Below, piece after piece: positions 9,809 to 18,668 of a stretch of DNA of 64,000 nt (positions within the stretch are counted from its first letter, which is position 1; the number at the start of each line of letters is the position of its first letter). Under the pieces are notes generated by a model that saw nothing but the letters and a program-made list of their open reading frames with translations, was not told the origin of the DNA and did no database searches. The position numbers were made by a program, and so were the translations under genes. The DNA is from Candidatus Poribacteria bacterium (GTDB lineage Bacteria; Poribacteria; WGA-4E; PCPOR2b): NCBI GenBank assembly GCA_965198175.1, contig OZ240245.1:4128001-4192000 (forward strand). The letters run 5' to 3'.

Positions 9809-11092
9809 TTGAACAACACCAAATCCCTAGAAGCGTGGCAAAAATCACAACAGTTCATCCCCGGTGGCGTCAATAGCCCAGTGAGAAACTTTCGCGCGGT
9901 CGGCGGGAATCCCCTTTTTGTTCAACGTGGCAAAGGATCCAAGATTTATGACATTGATGGGAATGAATATATTGATTATGTTGCGTCGTGGGGACCTTTA
10001 ATCCTTGGACATGCCCATCCGCGGGTTCTGGATGCAATCAAAGGTACAATGGAAAACGGCACGAGTTTCGGCGCTCCGACCGCCTTAGAAACCGAACTCG
10101 CCGAACTCATCGTCAATGCCGTTCCGTCGATCGATGTGGTTCGGATGGTCAACTCCGGCACGGAGGCTACAATGAGCGCAATCCGTGTGGCGCGTGGGTA
10201 CACAGGGCGCGACAAGGTTATCAAAGTCGCGGGTTGTTATCACGGGCATGTTGATGCGCTTCTCGCCAAAGCCGGCTCTGGAGTTGCAACGTTTGGACTT
10301 CCAGAGTGCACAGGGATTCCGACCGATTTCACCAGTCATACTCTCGTGGTTCCCTTTAATGACGCTGACGCAGTGCGCCGAACCATCGAAGCGAATTCTG
10401 GTCATGTCGCATGTCTAATCATTGAGCCGATTGCGGGAAATATGGGCGTCATTCCGCCACATGAGGGTTACTTGGCTGAACTTCGTGAAATCACCTCCGA
10501 ACACGATATTCTCCTGATTTTCGACGAAGTCATCACCGGATTTCGGGTAGTGTACGGTGGGGCGCAATCCCGCTACGGCGTCTTCCCCGATATGACCTGC
10601 TTAGGCAAAGTCATCGGTGGCGGGATGCCGGTTGGCGCTTACGGCGGTAGAAAAGATATCATGAAAAGCGTTGCTCCGCTCGGTGATGTCTATCAAGCTG
10701 GCACGCTATCGGGCAATCCACTGGCGATGTCCGCAGGGATTGCCACGCTGAAAACTCTTGCTGAACCTGGCGTCTATGAACAGCTCGAAAGTCACGCCCA
10801 AGCGCTCGCTGAAGGGCTCAAAGATGTGACGGATCGACACGGAATCGATGCTTACCACAACCGAGTCGGATCGATGTTAATGTTCCATTTCACGAATAAA
10901 ACCGTCACTGATTACGAGACTGCGCAGACATCGAACATCAATCGCTTTGGTCAGTATTTTTGGGGGTTGCTTGAGCGGGGCGTATACATCGCACCCTCTC
11001 AATTTGAAGCGGGTTTTGTTTCACTCTCTCACTCCCAAAGTGATGTCGATCAGACTGTGCGCGCCGCGGATGAAGTGTTGTCCCGACTCTAG
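9809..11092 (+). CDS. hemL: Glutamate-1-semialdehyde 2,1-aminomutase
   Basis: PGGVNSPVR, NSGTEATMSA, FDEVITGFR, YQAGTLSGNP; TTG start after AGGAG. Confidence 0.97.
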   Translation: MNNTKSLEAWQKSQQFIPGGVNSPVRNFRAVGGNPLFVQRGKGSKIYDIDGNEYIDYVASWGPLILGHAHPRVLDAIKGTMENGTSFGAPTALETELAELIVNAVPSIDVVRMVNSGTEATMSAIRVARGYTGRDKVIKVAGCYHGHVDALLAKAGSGVATFGLPECTGIPTDFTSHTLVVPFNDADAVRRTIEANSGHVACLIIEPIAGNMGVIPPHEGYLAELREITSEHDILLIFDEVITGFRVVYGGAQSRYGVFPDMTCLGKVIGGGMPVGAYGGRKDIMKSVAPLGDVYQAGTLSGNPLAMSAGIATLKTLAEPGVYEQLESHAQALAEGLKDVTDRHGIDAYHNRVGSMLMFHFTNKTVTDYETAQTSNINRFGQYFWGLLERGVYIAPSQFEAGFVSLSHSQSDVDQTVRAADEVLSRL

Positions 11093-11216
11093 GATGTGGA
11101 AATGAAGAAGGACGGGTAAAACGAAATTCGTCTGATGTGCCACAGTTCGCGTATGACGCGATGTACGATTATGTTTTTCCACAAAGGCTAATTCTTATTC
11201 TCACGGATGAAGGCAG

Positions 11217-12203
11217 ATGTCAACAACGAACCTCAGTGAGATTTGCCAGTTTATTGCTGACGATTTAGATGCAATCGAAAAACAACTCCTCGAAAAAACG
11301 ACGAGTCATTACGACTTTGTCGATCTTGCCGTACAACATGTGATTGAAGGCGGTGGGAAGCGGTTCCGGCCAATTCTGCTGGTTCTTTCTGCAAAAGCGT
11401 GCGGATATGAAGGTGAGGAGGCGCATATACTTGCAGCTGTTGCTGAACTGATCCACGTTGCATCGCTCGTCCATGACGATGTCCTTGATGAAGCCCCGAT
11501 CCGGCGGGGACGTGAAACGTTGCATTCCAAGTGGGGAAACAAAGTCGCAGTGCTTGTTGGCGATTATCTTCATGCGCGAGTCCTTTCGATGCTTGTCGCT
11601 CGATGCGCCGATGACCCAGCGATGCGTATTCTCTCAGACACAACTCAGGCGATGTGTGAAGGAGAAGTCATCCACGCTTACAAAAACGGGGATTTCAATG
11701 TTTCGCAGGATGACTATTTGAAGATTGTCGGGCTAAAAACGGGGAAGCTCATCACTGCCTCATGCGAAATGGGAGCGATGCTCGGAACGAAAGATCCGGA
11801 GGTCATCCAAGTATTGACAGAATACGGCGAATCAATTGGCGCCGCATTTCAGATAATCGACGATCTTCTCGATCTTGTATCCGATCAAACAAAGTTGGGC
11901 AAGGAATCTTTCAATGACTTACGCGAAGGCAAGTTGACGTTCCCTATGATTTATACACGGGGCGTTTGTACTTCCGAGGAGAAGGGGACGTTAGAACGTA
12001 TCTTTAGCACGGAAGCCGACGAGGATTGGGCGATTGGTTGGATTACAGATCTGCTTCGGCGGTATCGGATCCAAGAATATAGTCTTCAGATTGCCCAAGA
12101 ATATGCGGATCGTGCAAAAGCGGCTTTGGTAGCGTTACCGGACACGCTCGCCAAGAACGCGCTTGAACAACTCGCAGATTATGTCGTATCCAGAGACCGG
12201 TGA
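11217..12203 (+). CDS. Long-chain polyprenyl diphosphate synthase (IspB/HepT-like)
   Basis: GGKRFRP, HDDVLD (FARM), FQIIDDLLD (SARM), DLREGKLT. Confidence 0.92.
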   Translation: MSTTNLSEICQFIADDLDAIEKQLLEKTTSHYDFVDLAVQHVIEGGGKRFRPILLVLSAKACGYEGEEAHILAAVAELIHVASLVHDDVLDEAPIRRGRETLHSKWGNKVAVLVGDYLHARVLSMLVARCADDPAMRILSDTTQAMCEGEVIHAYKNGDFNVSQDDYLKIVGLKTGKLITASCEMGAMLGTKDPEVIQVLTEYGESIGAAFQIIDDLLDLVSDQTKLGKESFNDLREGKLTFPMIYTRGVCTSEEKGTLERIFSTEADEDWAIGWITDLLRRYRIQEYSLQIAQEYADRAKAALVALPDTLAKNALEQLADYVVSRDR

Positions 12204-12260
12204 TGGTTTCGCAATAGGGTGTTAGACGCCCTTATTGAATCTCAGATTTAATACAATTTT

Positions 12261-13502
12261 ATGTTCTACCCTGCACATTTGAACCTCCAGGATCGAAAAT
12301 GCCTCGTTTTCGGAGGAGGAATTGTTGCTGACCGCAAAGTCTTCTCCCTTCTGCGTTGCGGCGGGATGGTGACGCTGATTAGCCCCGAGGCGACAAAGGC
12401 GCTCAAACAGCTTGCACAAGCGGGTCGGATTCAATGGCACCAACGCCAATTTCAACGGGGCGACTCGGAAGGGATGTTCCTTGTTTGTGCAGCAACGGAT
12501 TGCCCTGAAATCAATACACAGGTATTTGAAGATGCTCACGAGGTTCATGGGATTAATCTCGTTAACGTCGTTGATGTGATTCCTGAATGCACCTTTGCAG
12601 CGGCGTCTGTTGTGACGCATGGAGATTTGACGATTAGTATCTCCACGAGCGGGAAAAGTCCAGCGATATCCAGACGTATCCGAGAATATCTCGAAGCAAA
12701 GTTCAGAACCGAATCTCTTTACACAGCACCGATTGACGCGAACTTCACACCTTCTCGCGAGAACCAGGGTCATCCGTATCCGGTCTATTTTTTGCTGGAG
12801 AATCGTCGTTGTAACGTCGTTCGTAACCCCCACATCATGAGCGAGGAGATTGAACGACGCGTGAATCTGTTGAGACAGTGTGGTGCGTCGGTTGAACAAA
12901 TTGATCCGACGCACGACGATTTGGATCGTCTTTCGGGTGCTTTTCTTGTTTATATCGACAACATAGAATCGAACTGTGAAAACTCTGTTTTCGCCCCCCG
13001 TCTAGGAAACGGTCTGACAAACGCTATCAATCGGATTCAGTTGTCTGAATACCTCAAAATCCTAGAGGCAGGGACGTTTATCACCCCATTTCTGGTGATA
13101 GATGGGAATCTGATAATCGGTATTTCTGCAAATACACAAACCATAGACGAACAGGACAAAGCCAAGCATCTACAGAGAGAACTAGCAAATCAATTTGAGA
13201 ATAAGGGTTACGGAGAGTTCATTGACTTTCTCGGTTCTTTGCGTCCCCTTGTGATGGAAGCCGTTCCAACGCAACAAGATCGACAGCAGTTTTTCGATAA
13301 TCTCATCGATCGGATTCCCCTCCTTGAACGGAAGGCAAACGAAACGCAAAAATGCTGTTTTCGCTTTGAAAACTCGAGTTGCCCAGCGGAATGCGCGTTT
13401 AACCTTATTTGTCGAGGGCAGATTGAGCGTGTACGTCGATACGTTCATCGGCAGATAGGGGAACGAAAAATCATGGAAGGGCTGCTGGAAGACGGCGGGT
13501 AA
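12261..13502 (+). CDS. Precorrin-2 dehydrogenase/sirohydrochlorin ferrochelatase (SirC/Met8p/CysG-N type), internally duplicated, Cys-rich tail
   Basis: FYPAHLNL, GGGIVADRK, VNVVD, ISISTSGKSPA. A second degenerate copy starts at 12771. Confidence 0.85.
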   Translation: MFYPAHLNLQDRKCLVFGGGIVADRKVFSLLRCGGMVTLISPEATKALKQLAQAGRIQWHQRQFQRGDSEGMFLVCAATDCPEINTQVFEDAHEVHGINLVNVVDVIPECTFAAASVVTHGDLTISISTSGKSPAISRRIREYLEAKFRTESLYTAPIDANFTPSRENQGHPYPVYFLLENRRCNVVRNPHIMSEEIERRVNLLRQCGASVEQIDPTHDDLDRLSGAFLVYIDNIESNCENSVFAPRLGNGLTNAINRIQLSEYLKILEAGTFITPFLVIDGNLIIGISANTQTIDEQDKAKHLQRELANQFENKGYGEFIDFLGSLRPLVMEAVPTQQDRQQFFDNLIDRIPLLERKANETQKCCFRFENSSCPAECAFNLICRGQIERVRRYVHRQIGERKIMEGLLEDGG

Positions 13503-13561
13503 TTGCACAGTTCCCTTTTATTTGGCTTTACGGATTTCGCACACATCGCGTTTTACGACTC

Positions 13562-14374
13562 ATGGACATACTATTTTTACTGACGCTCTTGATATATTTG
13601 GCAGCAAGTATATTTCACGTGTTTTTCCTCACTACGGGCGATCGAAAGGTTCATCGATTCGCTTATTGGGCGACAATCGGGGGATTCGCTCTACATTCGA
13701 TTTTTTTGGTTTTACGCTGGCTGCGTCAAGGGGAGTTCCCGATGGCGTACTGGTATGATTCAGCCTCTTTTTTCGCGTGGGCAATTATTTTGATTTATTT
13801 GTGTATCGCCCACCTGACTCGACTGCACACTGTCGGGAGTTTCGTTGTTCCCGCTGCCTTCATTGCAAACCTAATCGCCTACACCCTACCGAAGGGAAAC
13901 GCAGCAATCTCTCCGGCTCTGCAAAATTATTGGCTCATCACTCATTCAACCTTCATCTTTCTAGCTTATGCGGCGTTCGTCGCAGCATTTGGAATTGGGC
14001 TAATGTATTTGATTGAGGAAAAGAGGATTCTTGAAAAGAAGCACACGCTGCTCTATAACCTTTTACCTGCGCTTGGGAGATCGGATCGGATTTGCCATAA
14101 GTGCATCGTCGTCGGTGTAGTTCTGATGACCATAGGGATCGTTATCGGGATTTTTTGGACACGTAATATCCAAGAGGTCAAATGGACATGGGTTGACCCA
14201 AAGGTTATCTTTACAGTCGCAACATGGCTTGTCTATGTTTTGCAACTCAGCATTCGCCAAATATTCGGTTGGCGCGGGCGTAAAACCGCTTATTCTGCAA
14301 TTATCGGTTTTGGTGCGGTGTTGTTCACTTACGCGGGTGTCAACCTGTTTCTACCGAGTATACACGCATTTTAG
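13562..14374 (+). CDS. ccsA: Cytochrome c assembly membrane protein (CcsA/HemX family)
   Basis: About 8 TM segments, WLITH, WTWVDPK (WWD-like), GWRGRKTA, C-terminal His; lies directly upstream of hemA. Confidence 0.85.
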   Translation: MDILFLLTLLIYLAASIFHVFFLTTGDRKVHRFAYWATIGGFALHSIFLVLRWLRQGEFPMAYWYDSASFFAWAIILIYLCIAHLTRLHTVGSFVVPAAFIANLIAYTLPKGNAAISPALQNYWLITHSTFIFLAYAAFVAAFGIGLMYLIEEKRILEKKHTLLYNLLPALGRSDRICHKCIVVGVVLMTIGIVIGIFWTRNIQEVKWTWVDPKVIFTVATWLVYVLQLSIRQIFGWRGRKTAYSAIIGFGAVLFTYAGVNLFLPSIHAF

Positions 14375-14398
14375 AGGTGATTCGTTAACCTCAAACAG

Positions 14399-15712
14399 AT
14401 GAAGCAGATTTTTGTTGTCGGTACCAGCCACCATACTGCCCCACTCAATTGTCGAGAACGGGTGTCATTCTCCGAGCATCAGTTCACGGACGCCTACCGA
14501 TTCTTTAGAGAAATGCGTCAGAATGGGGAGGCTGTTATCCTTTCCACATGCAACCGCGTCGAAATCTATGCGGCGACCAACAACAAAGATGGTTGTGCCT
14601 TACTGTTCGATTTTCTATCAGATTTTCATCAAATCGATCCACGGCAACTCGGTCAATTTACATATAGCTACCAAAATCTTGATGCCATTCGGCATCTCTT
14701 CAATGTTGTAACAAGCCTCGATTCTATGGTTGTTGGAGAGCCACAGATTCTCGGACAGGTGAAAGCGGCGTATGACCAATCTCTATGTGCTGGGGCTAGT
14801 GGTGATACTCTGAAGCGCTTATTCACGAAAGCAATTCGCGTTGGAAAGCGAGTTCGTACGGAAACCAACATCGGCGCTGGGGCGGTGTCTATCAGTTTTG
14901 TTGCAGTTCAGCTAGCCAAGAAAATCTTTCAGAGTCTTGAAGACAAAACAGTTGTCATTATCGGTGCGGGTGAAATGAGCGAATTAACGGCGCAACACCT
15001 TGTGGAGAACGGCGTTTCGAAAGTAATCGTCGCCAACAGAACCTACGAGCACGCGGTGAAGATTGCTGAAAAATTCAGCGGCACCCCTTTAACTTATGAT
15101 GCCGATCTGAAATTCCTCGTTGACGCTGACATTGTGATTACTTCAACCAACGCCTCGCATCACTTAATCCACCGCCAAGCCCTCGTGGAAATTATGAGAA
15201 AGCGGAAACACCGCTACATGTTCTTAATCGACATCGCAGTTCCACGGGATATTGACCCTGAAGTGGCGGGTGTGGAAAATGCGTTTCTGTACAATATCGA
15301 CGATCTTGAAGCTGTGGTCGCTTCCAACCTCAAAGAACGGGGACAGGAGGCGGAAATCGCAGCGCAGATTGTCGAAACAGAAGCTGTAAAGTTCCACTCA
15401 GAGTTGCAAGCTTCTGATATAAACGCAATAATTAAGGCTCTCCATCAGAAATTTCAACAGATTACTTCAAGGGAATTGGACATCTGTTTGGACAAGGCGG
15501 AACTATCGCCCAAGCAGGAGAAAATCGTTGAATCAATGATTCATTCGATTACAAAAAAGTTGCTGCATCAACCGACAACCCATCTGCGGCAAGTTGCTCT
15601 GGATTCCGATTCTCTTGAGATGGTCAACGATATCAATGATGATTATGTCCCGTATGTTCGCGCATTACAGGAGTTGTTCGCATTGGAACCCACTGATGAT
15701 ATGGATGTGTGA
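14399..15712 (+). CDS. hemA: Glutamyl-tRNA reductase
   Basis: LSTCNRVEIY, LDSMVVGEPQILGQVK, IGAGEM, DIAVPRDI. Confidence 0.97.
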   Translation: MKQIFVVGTSHHTAPLNCRERVSFSEHQFTDAYRFFREMRQNGEAVILSTCNRVEIYAATNNKDGCALLFDFLSDFHQIDPRQLGQFTYSYQNLDAIRHLFNVVTSLDSMVVGEPQILGQVKAAYDQSLCAGASGDTLKRLFTKAIRVGKRVRTETNIGAGAVSISFVAVQLAKKIFQSLEDKTVVIIGAGEMSELTAQHLVENGVSKVIVANRTYEHAVKIAEKFSGTPLTYDADLKFLVDADIVITSTNASHHLIHRQALVEIMRKRKHRYMFLIDIAVPRDIDPEVAGVENAFLYNIDDLEAVVASNLKERGQEAEIAAQIVETEAVKFHSELQASDINAIIKALHQKFQQITSRELDICLDKAELSPKQEKIVESMIHSITKKLLHQPTTHLRQVALDSDSLEMVNDINDDYVPYVRALQELFALEPTDDMDV

Positions 15713-15732
15713 AATAAGGACGAACGCAACTG

Positions 15733-16635
15733 ATGAAACAGACCATCAACATTGGCACACGTGGAAGTCAGCTTGCCCTCTGGCAGGCAGAGTATGTCAG
15801 GAAGCGCCTAAATCGCCAATTCCCTGACCTGGGGGTTACACTCCAGATTATCAAAACAACAGGGGACAAAATTCAGGAACGCTCTCTTGTCGGACTTGGC
15901 AAAGGGGTTTTTACAAAGGAGATTGAAATTGCACTTTTGGATGGCACAATCGATCTCGCTGTCCACAGCATGAAAGATCTGCCGACAGAACTGCCGGACG
16001 GGCTTTGTATCGCTGCTATTCCCGTACGCGAAGACCCTCGCGATGTGCTAGTTGCACAATCTGGACTGGTCCTCGATAAACTCCCAATAGGAGCAAAAAT
16101 TGGAACGACAAGCCCACGCCGAAGATCTCAGCTTTTACACTTACGCCCTAATCTGCAGGTTCTGGATGTTCGTGGCAATCTTGACACACGCCTTCGTAAA
16201 CTGCATGAAACAGAACTTGATGGGATTATCCTTGCTGCGGCGGGGATTAAACGGCTGATTGGCGAGGAAATCATTACGGAGTATTTTGAGGTTAATCGGA
16301 TGATCCCCGCTGCCGGACAGGGAGCGTTGGGTGTAGAAGCACGCGAAGATGACCTTGAGATGAAGAAGGTATTGACCGCAATAAACGATAGTCACAGCGA
16401 AACCGAGGTGCTCGCGGAGAGGGCTGTGTTGCGGGGATTGGGCGGCGGGTGTCAAGTTCCGATTGGTGCAAATGCAGCGCTGAAGGGCGATAAGCTTCAT
16501 ATGATTGCTGCAGTTTGCAGCCTCGATGGAAAGCATCGCATCCTTGAGCGGCTATCAGGCAACCCGACGTGTGCTGATGAACTGGGTTCCAATCTTGTGA
16601 CAAAGCTAATTCAGGGTGGTGCGAGTAAACTTTAA
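15733..16635 (+). CDS. hemC: Hydroxymethylbilane synthase
   Basis: IGTRGSQLALWQA, AVHSMKDLP, RGNLDTRL, GGGCQVPIG. Confidence 0.97.
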   Translation: MKQTINIGTRGSQLALWQAEYVRKRLNRQFPDLGVTLQIIKTTGDKIQERSLVGLGKGVFTKEIEIALLDGTIDLAVHSMKDLPTELPDGLCIAAIPVREDPRDVLVAQSGLVLDKLPIGAKIGTTSPRRRSQLLHLRPNLQVLDVRGNLDTRLRKLHETELDGIILAAAGIKRLIGEEIITEYFEVNRMIPAAGQGALGVEAREDDLEMKKVLTAINDSHSETEVLAERAVLRGLGGGCQVPIGANAALKGDKLHMIAAVCSLDGKHRILERLSGNPTCADELGSNLVTKLIQGGASKL

Positions 16636-16664
16636 AGTAAATCGTGAAACGCAAAACATAAATC

Positions 16665-18203
16665 ATGTCCGCTAAATGTGGCAAAGTGTACCTTGTTGGA
16701 GCGGGGCCGGGCGATCCGAAACTAATCACGCTCAAAGGTATTGAATGCCTCCATCACGCAGATGTCGTAATCTATGACCTCCTCGTCAACGTCAAACTAC
16801 TTGAATGCGCTCCGCCCCACGCCGAAAAGATCTATGGAGGTAAAATGGCGGGCGAACAGGAGAGACAACAGTCTGAAATTAACGACCTGATGATTCAGCA
16901 TGCGAGGACAGGGAAGACGGTCGTGCGGCTTAAAGGCGGCGATCCGTTTGTCTTTGGACGGGGTGGTGAGGAAGCCTTAATGCTTGCGGATGCGGGGATT
17001 GATTTCGAGATTGTACCCGGGATTAGCTCGGCAATCGCTGTTCCGGCGTACGCTGGCATCCCGGTGACACACCGAGGATATGCGTCCTCTGTTGCCATCG
17101 TTACAGGACATTCAGCCGCATTGGGATCGGATTCACCGGTTCGATGGGAACAGCTTGCAACAGCTGTAGATACGCTTGTTGTCCTCATGGGCATTGGACA
17201 CTTGCGCCAAATTACAGAACGCCTCATCAATTATGGGCGTAAACCGGAAACCCCAACCGTATTGATTCATTGGGGCACAACACCTAAGCAAGAAACTCTT
17301 GAGGGAACACTGGCAGATATTGCGCAAAAGGCGGAATCGGTTGGCTTCGACTCCCCTGCGGCGATTGTCGTAGGTGAGGTGAATACGCTCCGAGATGAAC
17401 TGCGTTGGTATGATCGAAAGCCACTCTTCAGGCGCAAAATCATCGTTACTCGTGCTCATGCACAAATCAGCGATTTGGCAGAAGTTCTGGAATCTTATGG
17501 CGCTCAAGTAATCCAGTTTCCCACAATCGAGATTCAGCCAATCAACGACAATGCAGACCTTGATGCGGCAATCGCTCAACTCGGCAAATATAACTGGATA
17601 ATCTTTACGAGTGTCAACGCAGTTGAGATTTTCTACTGCCATTTGCGAAAAAAGGGCAGAGATACTCGATTGTTTGGAAACGCGCGGGTCTGTGCGGTTG
17701 GTTCGAAAACTGTTGAAGCATTGGATAAGATTGGGATTCGTACAGATTTTGTCCCATCGCAATCCAAAAGTGCAGCAATTGCCGCTGAGCTGGAGTCGGT
17801 CACGGGACAATATATTTTGGTGCCCCGTGCAAAAATCGCCTCTGATGAGCTTCCCAATGGTTTACGAGAGAGGAGTGCAATCGTTGATGTAATTCCAATC
17901 TACGATACCGTCAAAGCCGGTGCGGAAAGACGTGAGGAAATCGAAGTTAACCTGCTCAACGGAAAGATTGACATGGTGACGTTTACAAGCGCATCGGCTA
18001 TTACAAACTTTCTTGAGATGTTCAAGCGACATTCGCCTGCTGCATTGCTCGATAACGTGCACACCGCGGTCATCGGTCCATCGACAGCGTCAACCGCACA
18101 GCAGAGTGGGTTGAGGGTAGATGTCATTGCAAAAGAAACGTCGATAGAAAATCTCGCGGAAGAGATTGCCAAATTTTACGCGAGAAAGGAGAGGAAAACG
18201 TGA
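16665..18203 (+). CDS. cobA: Uroporphyrinogen-III C-methyltransferase / uroporphyrinogen-III synthase fusion (CobA-HemD)
   Basis: LVGAGPGDP and RLKGGDPFVFGRGGEE, then HemD motifs IIVTR, IFTSVNAV, FTSAS, IGPST. Confidence 0.95.
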   Translation: MSAKCGKVYLVGAGPGDPKLITLKGIECLHHADVVIYDLLVNVKLLECAPPHAEKIYGGKMAGEQERQQSEINDLMIQHARTGKTVVRLKGGDPFVFGRGGEEALMLADAGIDFEIVPGISSAIAVPAYAGIPVTHRGYASSVAIVTGHSAALGSDSPVRWEQLATAVDTLVVLMGIGHLRQITERLINYGRKPETPTVLIHWGTTPKQETLEGTLADIAQKAESVGFDSPAAIVVGEVNTLRDELRWYDRKPLFRRKIIVTRAHAQISDLAEVLESYGAQVIQFPTIEIQPINDNADLDAAIAQLGKYNWIIFTSVNAVEIFYCHLRKKGRDTRLFGNARVCAVGSKTVEALDKIGIRTDFVPSQSKSAAIAAELESVTGQYILVPRAKIASDELPNGLRERSAIVDVIPIYDTVKAGAERREEIEVNLLNGKIDMVTFTSASAITNFLEMFKRHSPAALLDNVHTAVIGPSTASTAQQSGLRVDVIAKETSIENLAEEIAKFYARKERKT

Positions 18204-18646
18204 GTAGAAGCAGATTTAAAATCATCGGCGCGGGTGTAATCGTAGCTTCTGCACTGGTGTTCTTGGTTGTTGCTGGGGTTAAGAACACCAGCATGCGACA
18301 CTTCACGCCCGATGCGCTCATAGTGCACGCGCAAGAAGTCGACAATAAGGGCATCCAAGTCGATGGGCTGATTTCGGAAGGCACAGCTGAATGGGATCCA
18401 ACGAAGTTTCAACTTACCTTTGCGGTGCGAGATCGAGACAGCAAAGCCGAAGTCAACGTACTTTATGCAAATAGAATCAAACCTGACAACTTCAAAGACG
18501 GTGGAAATGTCTTTGTTCAGGGGAGGTATAACGCAGCGGAAAATCTTATCGTTGCCTCCAAACTCCAAACGAAGTGCGCGTCGAAATACGAAGCAGTTGA
18601 AGGGGCTACAGCGCAAGCTAGCGGGGCAAGTGAACGCGATTATTAG
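18200..18646 (+). CDS. ccmE: Haem chaperone CcmE, Cys-type (CxxxY)
   Basis: N-terminal TM, PDNFKDG..VFVQG, LQTKCASKY. Confidence 0.88.
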   Translation: MSRSRFKIIGAGVIVASALVFLVVAGVKNTSMRHFTPDALIVHAQEVDNKGIQVDGLISEGTAEWDPTKFQLTFAVRDRDSKAEVNVLYANRIKPDNFKDGGNVFVQGRYNAAENLIVASKLQTKCASKYEAVEGATAQASGASERDY

Positions 18647-18668
18647 GCAGACATAGGAATAGATAACG

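Noticed and set aside
12222..12914. 230-aa antisense ORF, and similar shadow ORFs such as 17133-17810, 51295-52062 and 43010-43567
   Set aside because: They lie opposite well-supported genes and show no recognisable motifs.
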